Origin: Priapulus caudatus
Lineage: Eukaryota
NCBI RefSeq assembly: GCF_000485595.1
Contig: NW_014577062.1
Location: forward strand, 334,849 to 394,725
DNA: 59,877 nucleotides
Reading direction: 5' to 3'
The notes under the pieces are model-generated. The model saw only the letters and a program-made list of their open reading frames with translations. It searched no databases and was not told where the DNA came from. The position numbers were made by a program, and so were the translations under genes. The stretch's first letter is position 1, and each line of letters opens with the position of its first letter. Shown here piece by piece: positions 1 through 13,721 of this stretch.

Positions 1-678
1 CCACATTCGGCGCGCATAACTGTGTACACGAACGCACGACCCCGATCACATAAACCCTCCCCTCCACTCCGTGCGGAAGGGTAAAAAATATAGATAGCAT
101 TTAGAGTCACTTAGTTAGAGGTCAGTCTGAACGTTGTAAAAGTTATAATTTAATAAGTTGTTAACGACCCGTTCAGTGTGGCCTATCCTTTCGACGCCGG
201 GAAAATCGGCAGATGCAACGACAAAATGATGGTCCTCGAACTTGGGAACTACCCAAGAAAGTAACACCTTGACATCGATTATCAAAATTAAAGCACACGT
301 TTTATATGGTTGAATTTCGACACTTTAATTTTGCGATTTTCGATGAAGAGTGTCGCAGCTTGTAAGCTAACATCACTCATTTTTGGGCGATCCCCCTATT
401 ATTTGCAAGAATCCTTCTTCTTCTTAACTCTTTTCTTGGTGCAAATGATGGGGGGGGGAGGGGGGGTGCCCCCCACCACCCATTGCATTTTGCAAGACCA
501 TTTGAAAGATGGTTTCTTTTTCTTTTCTTACTTCTTTTTCCTTTTCTTTTTCTTTTTTTTCTATTTTTTCCTTTTTTCTTTTTCCTGTTCCCTTTCTTTT
601 TCTTTTTCTTCTTTCCTTTTTTCTTGCAAATGATATAGGGGGCGACCGCCGCCCCTGCCCCCGTGGCGCCGCCCCCTG

Positions 679-811
679 GTAGTAGTAGTAGTAGTAGTAG
701 GAGTAGTAGTATAGTAGTAGTAGTAGTAGAAGGAAGTGAAAGTAGAAGTAGTTAGTAGTAGTAGTAAGTAGTAGTATAGTGTATAGAATGAGAAGTGAAA
801 GTAGAGTATGT

Positions 812-849
<38 letters not shown>

Positions 850-942
850 TGAAGTAGAATGAAAGAAAGTAGAGTAGTAGTATAGAAGTTAAGTAGTAGT
901 AGTAGTAGTGTATAGTAGTAGAGTAGTATAGTAGTAGTAGTA
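679..942. repeat. Degenerate (GTA)n microsatellite
   Basis: Runs of gtagtagta with scattered indels. Confidence 0.9.
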
Positions 943-1341
943 AATTTCGAATTTTGCGTAAACCCCTTTACACTCAGTCTATCATATAATGTCGATGACT
1001 AAGTCGCGAAACAATATGAGCGCCAGCGCACAAACAATTCATTTGTTCATTTGTGTGTATACCAACAGCGATTGGCTGAATTGCGCTAAAACGTACTTGC
1101 ATAGGGGGTTCATCGCTTGTGATCGACGTTGTACTGTGGCGCCGTCTATACAAATCCGCTCGTCTACGACCAAACATTGTGTTTATTTAGCATCCGCCCA
1201 GCGAAAAATCGTGATTGCGAAAGCAGCCGGAGGAAAAGCCAGAGAACTGCTAAATGATTGCTCAACGATAACAATGGATGTCGTTACGCGCCACGGTAAC
1301 CTTTGCTCGCTCGAGGAAGCAGAAGGTTAGAATTCCCCCCC

Positions 1342-1381
1342 CCACACACACACATGTACACATACCATACAACACACCAGC

Positions 1382-1432
<51 letters not shown>

Positions 1433-1540
1433 ACACACCACACACATCACCCACACACACACAACACACACACATCCCACACACACACAACACACACAGC
1501 ACACACACACACAGAGTCATCTACACCCACACCACACACA
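1342..1540. repeat. (CA)n microsatellite
   Basis: CA dinucleotide run. Similar CA/TG-type tracts lie near 3660-3780, 11521-11647, 18545-18866, 22940-23115, 23745-23980, 45530-45607, 46950-47035 and 51143-51412. Confidence 0.9.
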
Positions 1541-2584
1541 GCGGCCGTGCGCGCACATCATTCTCGCAGGAATTAGCAACATTAAACGCTAATGTAGTAG
1601 CGTAGTCGCGTGGAGCCTGCGCGCAACTTCCTCTCTCGTCCTACTCTCCGCTTATACAGTCGCTTTGCGGGTTCGCATAGCTTCCATCGGGAAGCTTTTA
1701 GCGAGTGTAGGAGGGTGTACGCGCGCGCCGGCGTGAAAGCGCAAGCACGCACGCACGGCATGCTTTTTAAAACTAATTCATAAATTATGCACAGGACTCT
1801 GCGTAATGGTGAGAGCATTTAAGCGCGCTCTGCTTATGTCAGGCAGTTAAATTTTTAGATAGACATAAGAAGGTTCACTGCGCCGGCACTGCGAGGCTGC
1901 CGCCGTGTAATGCGGGATTTTCCACCGCAAACGTTGATTACAGATGTGAATCCCACAACGCTCAGCTCTTTCGGGAGCCACAACTCCATATAAATGCAAA
2001 AGATATTCTTCCTTCCTAATAGTCGATGTTTGAACTGTTCTCTCCGGTTGTTGCACGAAGCTTTCAGTGTATTCGCGCTCGTTAGGTTAAAAACCTGGTA
2101 ATCTGTGCGTGAACATGTGTAATTTGTGAATAACCAGATCTAGGTTACCTAGAAACTTAAAATTCGTAAATAATAGATTTTGAAATGAATTTTTAGGAAT
2201 GATTGCTACGAGTATAATAAATAAGGCGCTTGCACCGCGATAGTTAATATTTTAATTATGTAAAGTGTATGACATGACGGTGAACCCTATGATTATTAAT
2301 ATTGTAAGTTTGAGATAATGCTGAATCGATGATAGTGCGATTGTGTCAAGCACAGGTCGCATCGTGTCACAGCTGTTTATAGTACTCAAACCGCTACAGT
2401 TCGCGATCTGTATGATCACAATTCTACAACATGATGAAAACTCTCAGATAAAATTTAACGATTACAGATTTAACATCCTACGTAATAATTACGATTGTAA
2501 AATTCAATACACCCTGCTACTTATTATTATCAATATATATATATATGGTTTAACTAGCGAGTTTCTGACGCATGATCGCTGTAA

Positions 2585-3097
2585 AGCCTGGGACACACCA
2601 TGCGAATTTATTGTCCGCGGCGGACACACTACACGCAAACTACTGGCGCCACACGGCTCCAACCTTGGCTCCAACAAAGAGCTAAATATAACCCTGTAAT
2701 ATAGTAGCAAGAGCTAATAATACCTTTTAATTTTTATTAATAATTAATATTATTAGCTCTTGATAGTAGTAATATAGCTATATATAGCTATATAATAAAG
2801 GTAATATAGCTATAACCTTGGTCTCCAACAGTCATGTGGTCACGCGATTAGCATACTGGCCAATGATTCGCTGCATTATAACAATCGGCCGGCTTGATTT
2901 TCGCTTCCACGGCCACACCATGCGAATTTGTACGCAGCGGTAAAAATCCGCAGCGAAAATATCAAACATGTTTGATGGCTGCAAATTTCGGTGCGGATGA
3001 AATTCGCCCGCGCGTGAGCGGACACACCATGCGAATTTCGCGCGATTTTACAATCGCTGCGGACGTGCGAATATATTCGCATGGTGTGTCCCCCGCT
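2585..3097. mobile_element. PIF/Harbinger-like MITE with TAA TSD
   Basis: 23-bp TIRs, AGCCTGGGACACACCATGCGAAT vs reverse complement AGCGGGGGACACACCATGCGAAT (2 mismatches). TAA at 2582-2584 and 3098-3100. Internal copies of CACACCATGCGAATTT near 2915 and 3023. Confidence 0.8.
2708..2762. mobile_element. 55-bp hairpin mini-transposon with 7-bp TSD, nested in the Harbinger-like MITE
   Basis: CAAGAGCTAATAATA...TATTATTAGCTCTTG, flanked by ATAGTAG at 2701-2707 and 2763-2769. Confidence 0.8.
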
Positions 3098-3359
3098 TAA
3101 ACGCCAGGCGCGATTTCGTAAGTAAATTGCTAGATATTGCTAATATTACCACGTTTAATGGCGTCGGTGTCTCCAAGGGTTGCGCTAATCCGAGTGATTA
3201 TAATGTGCTACAGTGTACGATAATTAGAAGACATTGTTAACATTATATCATTAAAACGTTGTAGAATCACATTTTCGCATCATTAATCCATCTTATTTCG
3301 ACGTTTATTTCCTATCAAATGGAGCGTGTTAGTTTATTAGTGTATAGAGAGCATGTATA

Positions 3360-3550
3360 CAGGGGCGTGTACAGGATTTGTACCAGGGGGGGGGGAGGTC
3401 TAACCGTAACCCAAACTTGCGAGCACGCGAAGTGGGGGTCTGGGGGGCCCTCCTCCCAAAAAATGTGAAATTAGACCCCCTTAGATGCGATTTCTGCGCG
3501 AGCAGGGGGGGTCCGGACCCCCTGGACCCCCCCCTCTGTACACGCCCCTG
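3360..3550. mobile_element. CAGGGGCG-terminated MITE with 5-bp TSD (hAT5-like)
   Basis: Perfect 15-bp TIR CAGGGGCGTGTACAG / CTGTACACGCCCCTG. GTATA at 3355-3359 and 3551-3555. Confidence 0.8.
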
Positions 3551-3817
3551 GTATAATTGGTAACAACGATCCATCTTGGCTGTTCACCCGTCCTGTTTTA
3601 TTTTGTTATCTTTCGCATGTTATTTATTCCGATATTATAATTATCTGTCTCCCCCTAACACACGCACATACGCGCATACACCCCCCCACACGCCCACGCA
3701 CACGCACACGCACACGCCACACTCACCGCACACGCCACACGCCAAGCACACGCCCGCAACGCACACCGCACATACACACAACTATATTATTATATATATA
3801 TATATATATATTATCTC

Positions 3818-6800
3818 TGTGTCGAACGCTACGGGTTAGCTAGTATTGACGGCCGTGGACGCTATAATTAATTTTCACAGCGGGGCGTTTTAGCGGTTAT
3901 TCCAAAGTAACCTCTTGTGACATCATATAGTTATGCAGGACACCCTATTCGAAAGCTATTGAAACGTATTGGAGTGGCCAGACTTGCTGAAACCTTACTA
4001 TACAGCGCGGTAGTATTTGGAACAATCGCGTTGGTTTTGGTAGCCTTTGCGTGGCTTGAAAGACGAGCATTGTGATGACAGGAGAACGGGAATTAGACGC
4101 AATGCTCTCCGCTCCTGTCCATCATGGGGGTTCACATCGGGACATGCCTACGGTGATTATATAGTAAATGTCTTATCGTCACGGTCTGCCGCAGTGTGAC
4201 GTCATCCACAACTCACGTGACACCGTAAGTAGTGCGCTAAGTGACGTCACATTAGTCCCTTTGGCCACAGGCAACAGAAGCCTTCCGCAATGGAATGCGT
4301 CTTGGAAATGCCGCTTTTTTCATTATATTTGTTAGGTATTTCGGCCGTTAGTGTCTGCCGAATCTTTTTATAACGCAGGTACGAGCCGTCGTTGAACTCC
4401 GCTAGAAAGCGATGAGAAGTAAGGTTGGTCGGCTTGTGGAAACAAATTGTGCTCCTGTCAAGTGATGTAGCCATGGTGACGGTCTTTGTGTTTGTGTGTG
4501 AAATGGCGATCGTGAATTTGCTGGAAATATGGCATATGTAGGTGGCAAAGATTATGAGTGCAGTCTGGCATCTTGAAAAACGTGTGGTATTTTAAGCATG
4601 GAGAAGCGTTGGTATGTTGTGTAGCGCGTAACTCTAATGTTTGTGTCATTTATTCAGCCTGCTGTCTTGGACGCCCTAGAACGACTGTTGCAAACACTTA
4701 TACCTGCTTAGTTAGACAGTTTTCTGTGCACGCATTTAGCGCTTCTGCTGCCGGGAATGAATACGAATTGAAACGCAATATAGTTCTATGTTTGGTACCT
4801 GTTTCACAGACGTATCGTTGTTGAGGTGGCAAATCCGCTGTCAACAGAATGTTTTATGTCACGGGGGACACTCTCCGCACTCCATGGGATCATAGCGCCT
4901 CACATAAAATCGTTATCAGTAGAGGGAGAGCAGGAACGGGGGATGAGAGAGAGAGGCGAGAGGAGAGGTGAGAGAGGAGAGGAGGAGGGAGAGAGAGTTC
5001 TTTATTTTACGCCGGAGAATCCCTGGGTCTTCGTTATTGTGGGAGATCCGGCAGACTCGCGCCTCGTTTACGGCTGTCGGGTTCGTGAGTGAGCGCAGTG
5101 CTCTAGTGTTAGCTGATGTTAGTGCGTGTGCCGCGCGTTTTTCGCATCACCGCGATGGATTGATAAATATAATTCATCGCGTCGGCACTAGTACTCGATC
5201 GATAGTACCTCGGATCGTTACCAGCCTTTCTTGTTCACTATGACGTAAGATCATATGCTTTATTGCCGCTGTCAACGATAACTGCTCGATGTAAGATGCG
5301 CAGAGCACAGCGGAGGCACGTTGCGCGCGCTGAATTTAGATTCATCGATCGTTAGCGTCGGCTGACTCTTTCCCCTCTTACATAAACTTTCGCTATTGCA
5401 GCATTCCAAAATTTTATTATACGCGTTTAACTGTTCGCTGACTCTAGATGCGTGTTTTTCTTGCTCTCTCTCTCAACACGCTTGGCTGTGTTTGTTCCGT
5501 GCTTTATTAAGCAAGTTCGCTGCCTTTTAAGGTTCCTAGCGTCATAATTCCTCCTTCACTGTCATGGGGACAAGTTTGCAATATTTATGTTATTGGTGTA
5601 GTTGTAAGTACTTGTGCTTTTGTGTTTGCTTCTTTTAGGGATGTTGACGGCCATTTGCTTGTTACTTCACTTGGAGAGCTGCGCTTGTCTAGTAAAATCA
5701 CGCAGACACAGAGAATTCTGAGTTTTCATTTCTGGCGTCACTGCAGGCACTAGGTGCGTAATCATAGGTTGCTGTCGAGGCCAGCGACGGATTGAGGACT
5801 GATGTAAAACCCGTAAGCTCAAAGTGCAGCATGCTTAGGATGAAGCGCACGCGGTGTGTATGCGCCACAGCGCGCGCATTATAACAAAGCGTCAGTGTAT
5901 ATATCAAGGTCGTATATACATAACAGGTCGCAGTATCTACCAGCGTCATGTATATGCACAGGTCGTGTATATACAACGCGTCGCGTATATATTATCACAG
6001 CGTCGCTGTATATATCAAGGTCGAGTAATATATACAGACGTCGCGTTATAACCAACGTGCGTATATATCCAGCGTATGTTCATTCACAGCGTTTATATAT
6101 CCAGGCGTCGCGTTATTCACAGCGTGTGGTATATTATCACAGGTGCGTAGTTAGCACAGGCGTCGTTGTTATATCACGGTCGCGTGTAATATTAGCCAGT
6201 TTAGTCGTATATCACAGGCGTTCGTGGTACGTATTGACAGGGTGTGGTATATATCACAGCGTGCGTATATATATCACAGCCGTTCGCCGTATATACACAG
6301 GTCGGTAGTATATCCACAGCGTTCGTGTATATAAGCAACGCGTCGCGTATATATCGACAGCGTCGTTGTATATAAACACGGCGTCAGTGGGGTATATGGC
6401 GACAGCGTGATGTATATAGCATCAACGTCAGTGTTTGATGATCAGAGCGTTGCGTGTATAGCACAGCGGTCATGTATTAGCACTGGTCGTGGTATATTTG
6501 CATGCGTCGGGTGTTGATATATCATGCGTTGCGTATGGAGCACGACGTAGATGTATATATCACAGGTCGAGTATTTAGCAGCAGCCGTTATGTATATAGC
6601 ACAGCGTTATGTATCTAGGCACAGCGTTCGCGTACATATGCAGCGTCGTGTATATTGGCACTGCGTCGTGTTATATCGGCGTTGGGGGTATATAGCACAG
6701 CGTCATGTTTTCGCACAGCGTCGTGGTATATTGACTGCGTCGTGTATTCATATCAGAGCGTTGCGTTATGCACGACGTCCTGTATATAGCCGCGTCGTGT

Positions 6801-9800
6801 GATATAATCACAGGTGTTGTATTAACACAGCGGCTGTATATTCACAGCGTCGTGTATTATCAGAGCATCGGTATATGCACAGCGTCATGGCATATTAGCA
6901 CAGCTCATGTATATGCCGCGTGTGTTATTTCACAGCGTCGTGATATATATAGAGCGTCTCGCTATATAGACAGCGTATGTATATGCACAGCGTGTGATAT
7001 TTCATATACGCGTCATGTATTATAACACAGGCGTCATTGTATATTAGCACAGCGTCATGTATTAGCCGCGTCGCGGTTGCACAGCGTCGCGTATATATCC
7101 AACGTCGTGTATTATACACAGCGTCCTGTTATAGACAGCGTGTGATATATCACGCGTCGCGTATAGTAGCACAGCGTCGCGTTATATCACAAGGTCGTGA
7201 TATATAGCCACAGCGTCGTGTATTAACAGCGTCTGCGTATATTATCACGGTCGCGCTAGTATATCACAGCGGTCGATATATTCACAGCGTCGCGTATATA
7301 AGCAACGTCGCGTATTATCACAGGTTTATATTCACGGTACTGTATATATCAAGCGTCGCTTTTTTCACAGCGTCGTGTATTATATCACCGCGTGCGTATA
7401 AGCACAGCGTCATGTATATGGCAACAGCGTCGGGTATATTGCACTTGCGTCGTGTTAATCAGAGCGTTGGTATTTAGCAGCGTTATGTTATAGCCAGCGT
7501 CGCGTGACATTCACAGGTCTGTATATTGCACTGCGTCGTGTGTATATCAGAGCGTTGCGTTATAGCACAGGTCATGTATATATCACAGCGTCGGGATATG
7601 GACAGGTCTGTATTATAGCACAGCGTTATGTATATGACAGCGTCGCGTAATATCACCGCGTCGTTATATTGCACTGCTCGTGTGTATAGCAGAGCGTTGG
7701 TGTATGCACGCTATGTACTATAGCACGCTCGTGTTATATTGCACTGCGTCGTTGGATTATATCAGAGCGTTGCGTATATATCACAGCGTTCATGTATATA
7801 GCCAGCGTGTGTAGTTATCACAGCTGTCAATGTATATCACAGCGTCTGTTAATTCACAGCGTCGTGTATATATCAGAGCGTCGCGTATTAGACAGCGTCG
7901 TGTATATATCACAGTGTCATGTATATGCACAGGTATGTATTTCACAGCGTATGTATATAGCACAGCGTCGCGTTATATATCACAGGTCATGCATATAGCC
8001 AAGCGTCATGTATATAGCACAGCGCTCGTGTATATTATCACAGGTGTGTATATATCAGAGCGTTCGCGTATATAGCACAGCGTCATGTATATAGCCAGCG
8101 TCGTGTTATATCACGACCGTCATGTATATAAGCACAGGTCTGTATAGCACATGCGTCATGTATTATCAGCCACCAGCGTCGCTATTATAGCCGGTCGCGT
8201 ATTATCACAAACGTTGGTGTAGACTAGGCACAGCGTCATGTATTAGCACAGCGTTTTCGTGTATATATCACAGACGTCGCGTATATGGCACAGCGTCGCG
8301 TATATATACGCGTCTCGTTGTATCTATGCCACAGCGTCGGCTTATACAACGCGTCGCGGTATTTCCAGCGTCGAGTATATATCACGCGCTCGAGTATATT
8401 ATCACAAGCGTCCGCGGTATATAAAAACGTCGGTATATATCACCGCGTGCATGTATATATACGCGTACTGTATATATCACGCTCGTCGTATATATCACGC
8501 GTCGTGTGTATGATATCAGAGCATTGCGTATATAGCACAGCGTCATGTATATAGCACAGCGTCGTGTATATTGCACTTGCGTCGTGTATATATCAGAGCG
8601 TTGGGTATAGCCGTTATGCTAGGATAGCACAGCGTCGCCGTAATTCACGCGTCGTCGGTATTTGCACTGCGTCGTCGTGATATATCAGAGCATTGGTATA
8701 TAGCACAGCCCGTCATGTATATAGCACGCGTCGTGTATATTGCATGCGTCTGTATATATCAAGAGCGTTGCGTATATAGCCAGCGTCAGTATATAGCACA
8801 GCGTCGTGTATATCACAGTGTATGTATATAACGGTATGATTATTCACAGCGTCGGTGTATATATCGAGCGTGCGTATATAGCCAGCGTATGCCTATAGCA
8901 CAGCGGAGTGTATTCTGCACAGGTCGTGTTATATACGGCGTGTGTATAATCAGAGCGTCGCGTAGTAGTAGCACAGCGTCATGTATTATGCCGACGTCGT
9001 GTTATATATCACAGCGTCCATGTATCTAAACGCGTCATGTATATAGCAACAGCGTATGTATAGAGCAAGCGTCGCGTATATAGGCACAGGTCGCTGCGTA
9101 TATATCACGTCCCGTGTATAATAGCCAGCGTATGTATTAGCACAGCGTCGTGTAATATATCACAGCGTCGCGTATATAGAGCGTCGGTATATATCCAGCG
9201 TCGTGTATATAGCCAGGTGTGTATATTACAGTGTCGCGCTATATTATCACAGCGCGCGTATTATCACGCAGCGTCGGAGTATATCTCACGCGTCGAGTAT
9301 ATAACACAACGTCGCGTATATTCACAGCGTATGGTATTCACAGCGTCATGTATATTATCACAGCGTCGACGTATATCTCACAGCGTCGTGTATATATCAC
9401 ACGTCGCGTATATAGCACAGATTGTATATAGACAGCGTCGTGTATATAGAGCACAGCGTCGTATTATAGTACAGCGTGGGTATATTCACAGCGTTGGCGT
9501 GTATAGACAGAGCGTCGGCGTATTTCACAGCGTGTGTTATATCCCAGCGTTATGTATTCTACAGCGTCCTGTTAGTATATCACAGGCGTTCGCGTATTTC
9601 ACAGCGGTGGTGTATATATACAGGCGTAGTAGACTATCCAGGCGTCATGTTATATCACGAGTGTTGTGTACTATAACAAAGCGTCTGCTTATTATTTACG
9701 CACGTCGTGTATAGTTATCACAGCGGTCGAGTATATAGTCACAGGCGTCGGTGGATATAAGCACAACGTCGGTATATATCACAGCGTCATTTTATATCAC

Positions 9801-11220
9801 ATCGTCATGTTGATATCACAGCGTCGCGCTATATATCACAGCGCGTGGTATATATCACAGCGTCGCGTATATAGCACAGCGTCGTGGATAGTTATCACAT
9901 CGTGGTATTATAGCACAGCGTCATGTATATTCACAGCGTCGTGCTATATATCACAGTCGTGTATTATCACGCGTGACTATGTATTCACAGGCGTGTGTAT
10001 ATTCACAGCGTCGTATATATATCACAGGGTCGGTATATAAACAGCGTCGGTATAATTTCACAGGTCGTCATATAGCACAGCTCGTCGGTATATATCACGC
10101 GTGTGTATATACATCAGGGCGTCATGTATATAGCACGCGTCATGTATATATCACAGCGGTCATGTATATATCAGGCGGTTTGCGTATATGACAGGTCATG
10201 TATATAGGCCAGCGTGGGTATATTGCCTGGCGTGCGTGTATATATCAAAGGAGTGTGTATATATCAGAGACGTGCGCGTTATGCACAGGTCATGCTTAGA
10301 CAGGGGTCGTGGTAGTATAGCCAGCGTCGTGTATAGTATCACAGGTTATGTATATACACAGCGGTCATGTATATTAGGCCACAGCGTCATGTATATAGGG
10401 CACAGGCGTCGCGTATATAGCACAGGCGTCGTGTATATATCAGCGTCGGCGTATATTAGTCACACGTCGGTATGATATACAGCGTCGTGTGTATATCACG
10501 AGCGTTCGCATCATTATATCACGGCGGTCGTGGTATATATTCACGGCGTGTGTATATTACAGGGTCGTGTATATAGCACAGTCGTGCCGTGTATATATGC
10601 AAGGGTCGGCGCCTTATTATATCACAGCGTCGCGTATATAGATAATCCGAAGTGTCGTTATATATCACAGACGATCGCGGATATACAGCGCGTCGTGCTA
10701 TATATCACAGGTCGTGATTATTATCCAGCGTCGGTGTATATATCACAGCGTCTGATATATACCAGACGCGCGTATATAGCCAGCGTCGTGTATATATCAC
10801 AGCGCTGTGTATAATATCGACAGCGTCGGTTATATCACAGCGTCGCGTCTATATCCATCGTCGTGTATTATATCACAGCGTAGCGCATATTCACAGCGTC
10901 GTGTATATTTCACAGGGGAGCGTCGTGTGGTGAGTAGTCAACAGCGTCGGTGTATTGCACAGGCCGTTCGTGTATGATATCCAGCGTCGTTATATATACC
11001 AGGTGGTGTATTATAGAGCAGCAGCGTCGTGGTATATATCACAGGCGTCGTATATATGCGCGGGCGGTGGGGTATATATCACAAGCGTCGTGGTAATATG
11101 ATCACAGCGTGCACTAATATCACAGCGTCGTTGTATATATCACAGCGGTCGGGGTATCTTCCAGCGTCGTTATATATCCACAGCATGCGTTATGATTTTT
11201 ACAGTGTTAGCGTATATTAG
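3818..11220 (+). repeat. Copy A of a duplicated block (about 2 kb of unique sequence plus 19-bp minisatellite); copy B is 13722-17224
   Basis: Collinear similarity from tgtgtc(a)gaacg through the (GA)n tract into the minisatellite. Differences are mostly 1-nt indels. Confidence 0.85.
5860..11220. repeat. ~5.4-kb 19-bp minisatellite (CACAGCGTCGYGTATATAT)n, indel-rich rendition
   Basis: The unit is recognisable throughout. The clean version at 16530-17224 shows an exact 19-nt period. Confidence 0.9.
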
Positions 11221-11615
11221 CCGCGTGGCGTAATTGGAACATAGTCAGCTATCGGTATGGTAGGCGTCATCATGCGTCATCACTGTGTTCGGCTCGGGTG
11301 ATATACGGTCGGTCATCGAAGCGCGATTTCGCGCGCGGGACAGTTCATGCAACGCCTCGAGCGAAGCGCAGTAAAATTTCTGGCACGAGATTACGGCCGA
11401 ACATGCTGACACGTCGTTTGCACATATCGAGATAGTGGCAACGCTCAACAGGACACGACACATTCTGTGGCGTTCTTACGTTTACACGTGCTCATGCTAT
11501 ATATATAATATATCTATATATTGTGTGTGTGTGTGTGTGGTGTGTGGTGTGTTGTGTGTGTGTGTGTGGTGTGTGTGGTGTGTGTGTGTGTGGTGTGTGT
11601 GTTTGTGTGTGTGTT

Positions 11616-11651
<36 letters not shown>

Positions 11652-12577
11652 AAGATTTGAATTTTGATTTAACACGTTCCCCGCGGATCCACGAGTCAGC
11701 TCGTGGGAACAATAAAAAGGCACCCCGGCGGATCCACGAGCCCACACATGTATAAGCGTTGTCATATTTCTTACCGGAAAAAATAGTATACTGTCGAATG
11801 ATATCGTAACAAACTCGAAAATCCATCGGTGCGGTGGCATTTGAGGCGAAAATGCACGAAATGTCAGTTTTTTATGAAGGGGAACGATTTCCATATCATT
11901 TGAACATGTACGGGTGAGATAACATTCATGCAGAGTAAATGTGTCAGTTTTGTTAGCTTTCCTGCAAAGGAAATGTGGTAAATCAATAAGTGAATACGCG
12001 GTAAAAACGCGAAAATCCCAGCGCAGGGAGGTAGGTGCATTGTTAACACCGGCAGCGTTGAAAGCATCACTTACCTACTCTTCGTTCATTATAAAAATTA
12101 AAAAATGTTTGGTTTCGAATTATTAATTAACTAGTGATACTGGTGCCGAAAGCCGTGGTACAACGGCGCGGGCGTCTCTAATATCTCTTCGATCATGTGC
12201 CAGCCTTGTCTGCGTTGTCTAATAATATTATGCCCTCCTCCATCGACCTGTTTCTATGCGATATCTCTCCCTTGTCTTTGTTGACTCATATTCCTTGACT
12301 TTAGTCCTGCACGTATTCTTCCGTATTATATAATATCGTTTCGGATATTCTGTACCTTTCGCTTCTGTTCGCGGTTGATACAGCGCTCGCGTTCGCTCCC
12401 TTCCACTCTATAACCTCACTGTTCCCTATCCACGCAAATCCCAGCCGCCAGCAGCATGAAATAACTCGGCATGTAGCATAAGCGCGCAACTCAAATCCGT
12501 GTTACCCGCCGCAGCTCGCTAATTGTCAGCAACAAGGAGGCAGACAGGCAGCCGGATACCCGACTACAGCTTACGTG

Positions 12578-12651
12578 CTATAGGTGGCGAACAACAGTAG
12601 AGGGCATCCATAGGCGGCAGGCCTGAATAAGCATCGAACAGAAATTAATTA
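12578..12651 (+). repeat. Short interspersed repeat, second copy at about 56931-57004
   Basis: Shared TCCATAGGCGGCAGGCCTGAATAAGCATCGAAYAGAAATTAATTA. Confidence 0.75.
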
Positions 12652-12677
12652 GCGAATTTAAAAGCCGAGTTGCTTAA

Positions 12678-12807
12678 AAAACTAGTTGCTATCGATCGGT
12701 TGGACGCTCAACTTTTGCGTTTACACTGACGATTGTCAGTTGCGAAGTTGCGAAGTTGGTACAATTCGGCAATTCGCCAACACAAAGTTGGCAGTGTAAA
12801 CCCAGCT
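12678..12807 (-). mobile_element. Terminal fragment of a Harbinger-like MITE family (AGCTGGGTTTACACTGCCAACTTTG terminus)
   Basis: Ends in GCAGTGTAAACCCAGCT|TTA. It is the reverse complement of 32962-33096, and a related end lies at 36345-36494. Confidence 0.7.
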
Positions 12808-13013
12808 TTACTGTTGTATGGCTCCTATTGCTCACAGGTTGCCGAGGCATCGAAATAATATGATCAGGGTAGAAGTACTGGTCGATTCAATCCGGGAAGT
12901 GCTGGAGCAGCGATCAAAAATGAGCGGTGTGTGATATGTGATAGGAAATGTGAATCATGACAGACGGCTCGTCTGAAACGTGACAGCTCGGCGAGTCGTG
13001 CCTGCTTCTTATG

Positions 13014-13113
<100 letters not shown>

Positions 13114-13616
13114 CATATACACTATCTAATGCTATTTTCGGACTGGTAGTAATAAATGTCGAACTGCATCGTTACTCAATGTTGTTACAATATCAAGCGG
13201 TCATCATCATGTATCGTGTTTACTCAATGGATTCCTTGTCGAGTTTTCAACTTCAATTTCATGTTCAAGTTAAACACCGACGATGGTTGCTGTTTACCTA
13301 ATAAAACTTGAAAGCGAGAATGTCCGCTAGACATTCATAGCAAGTCGAAAACCTGTACGTCATTAAATGTGTATGATATCAGGTGAAATAATATAGCGTG
13401 ACTGCCTAGCTCGTCTTTAAAGCCATATTTTCGAGCAAAATCTGGTGTTTTGGCCACTTTTACGATACTTATTGCGCGAGTAACAGCAACTGACTAGAGT
13501 AACGATAAAATGTATAAGAACCTTCGTATTCACCAAAACATGCACGTTTCGAACTTGTTTCGAAAACAAGCTTGTTTTGCTGTAATCTTAGACCAGAGCC
13601 GGCTCTGAATTTGAGC

Positions 13617-13721
13617 AGTGAGTGAGTGAGTGAGTGAGTGAGTGAGTGAGTGAGTGAGTGAGTGAGTGAGTGAGTGAGTGAGTGAGTGAGTGAGTGAGTG
13701 AGTGAGTGAGTGAGTGAGTGA
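13617..13721. repeat. (GAGT)n microsatellite
   Basis: Perfect tetranucleotide run. Confidence 0.95.

Noticed and set aside
2656..2828. GCTCCAA-like 7-mer repeated three times around an AT-rich insert, a possible further nested element or footprint
   Set aside because: The putative TIRs do not match well enough and the sequence is noisy.
4247..4830. Possible decayed coding sequence in the duplicated block
   Set aside because: The two copies do not preserve a common frame and no motif was recognised.
5854..11220. Many Tyr/Ile/Arg-rich ORFs and a superficially CRISPR-like periodicity
   Set aside because: They are translations of a 19-bp tandem repeat. There are no unique spacers and no cas genes, and the context is eukaryotic.
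11245..11463. GC-rich 72-aa minus-strand ORF
   Set aside because: No recognisable homology or convincing splice signals, and it is adjacent to noisy sequence.
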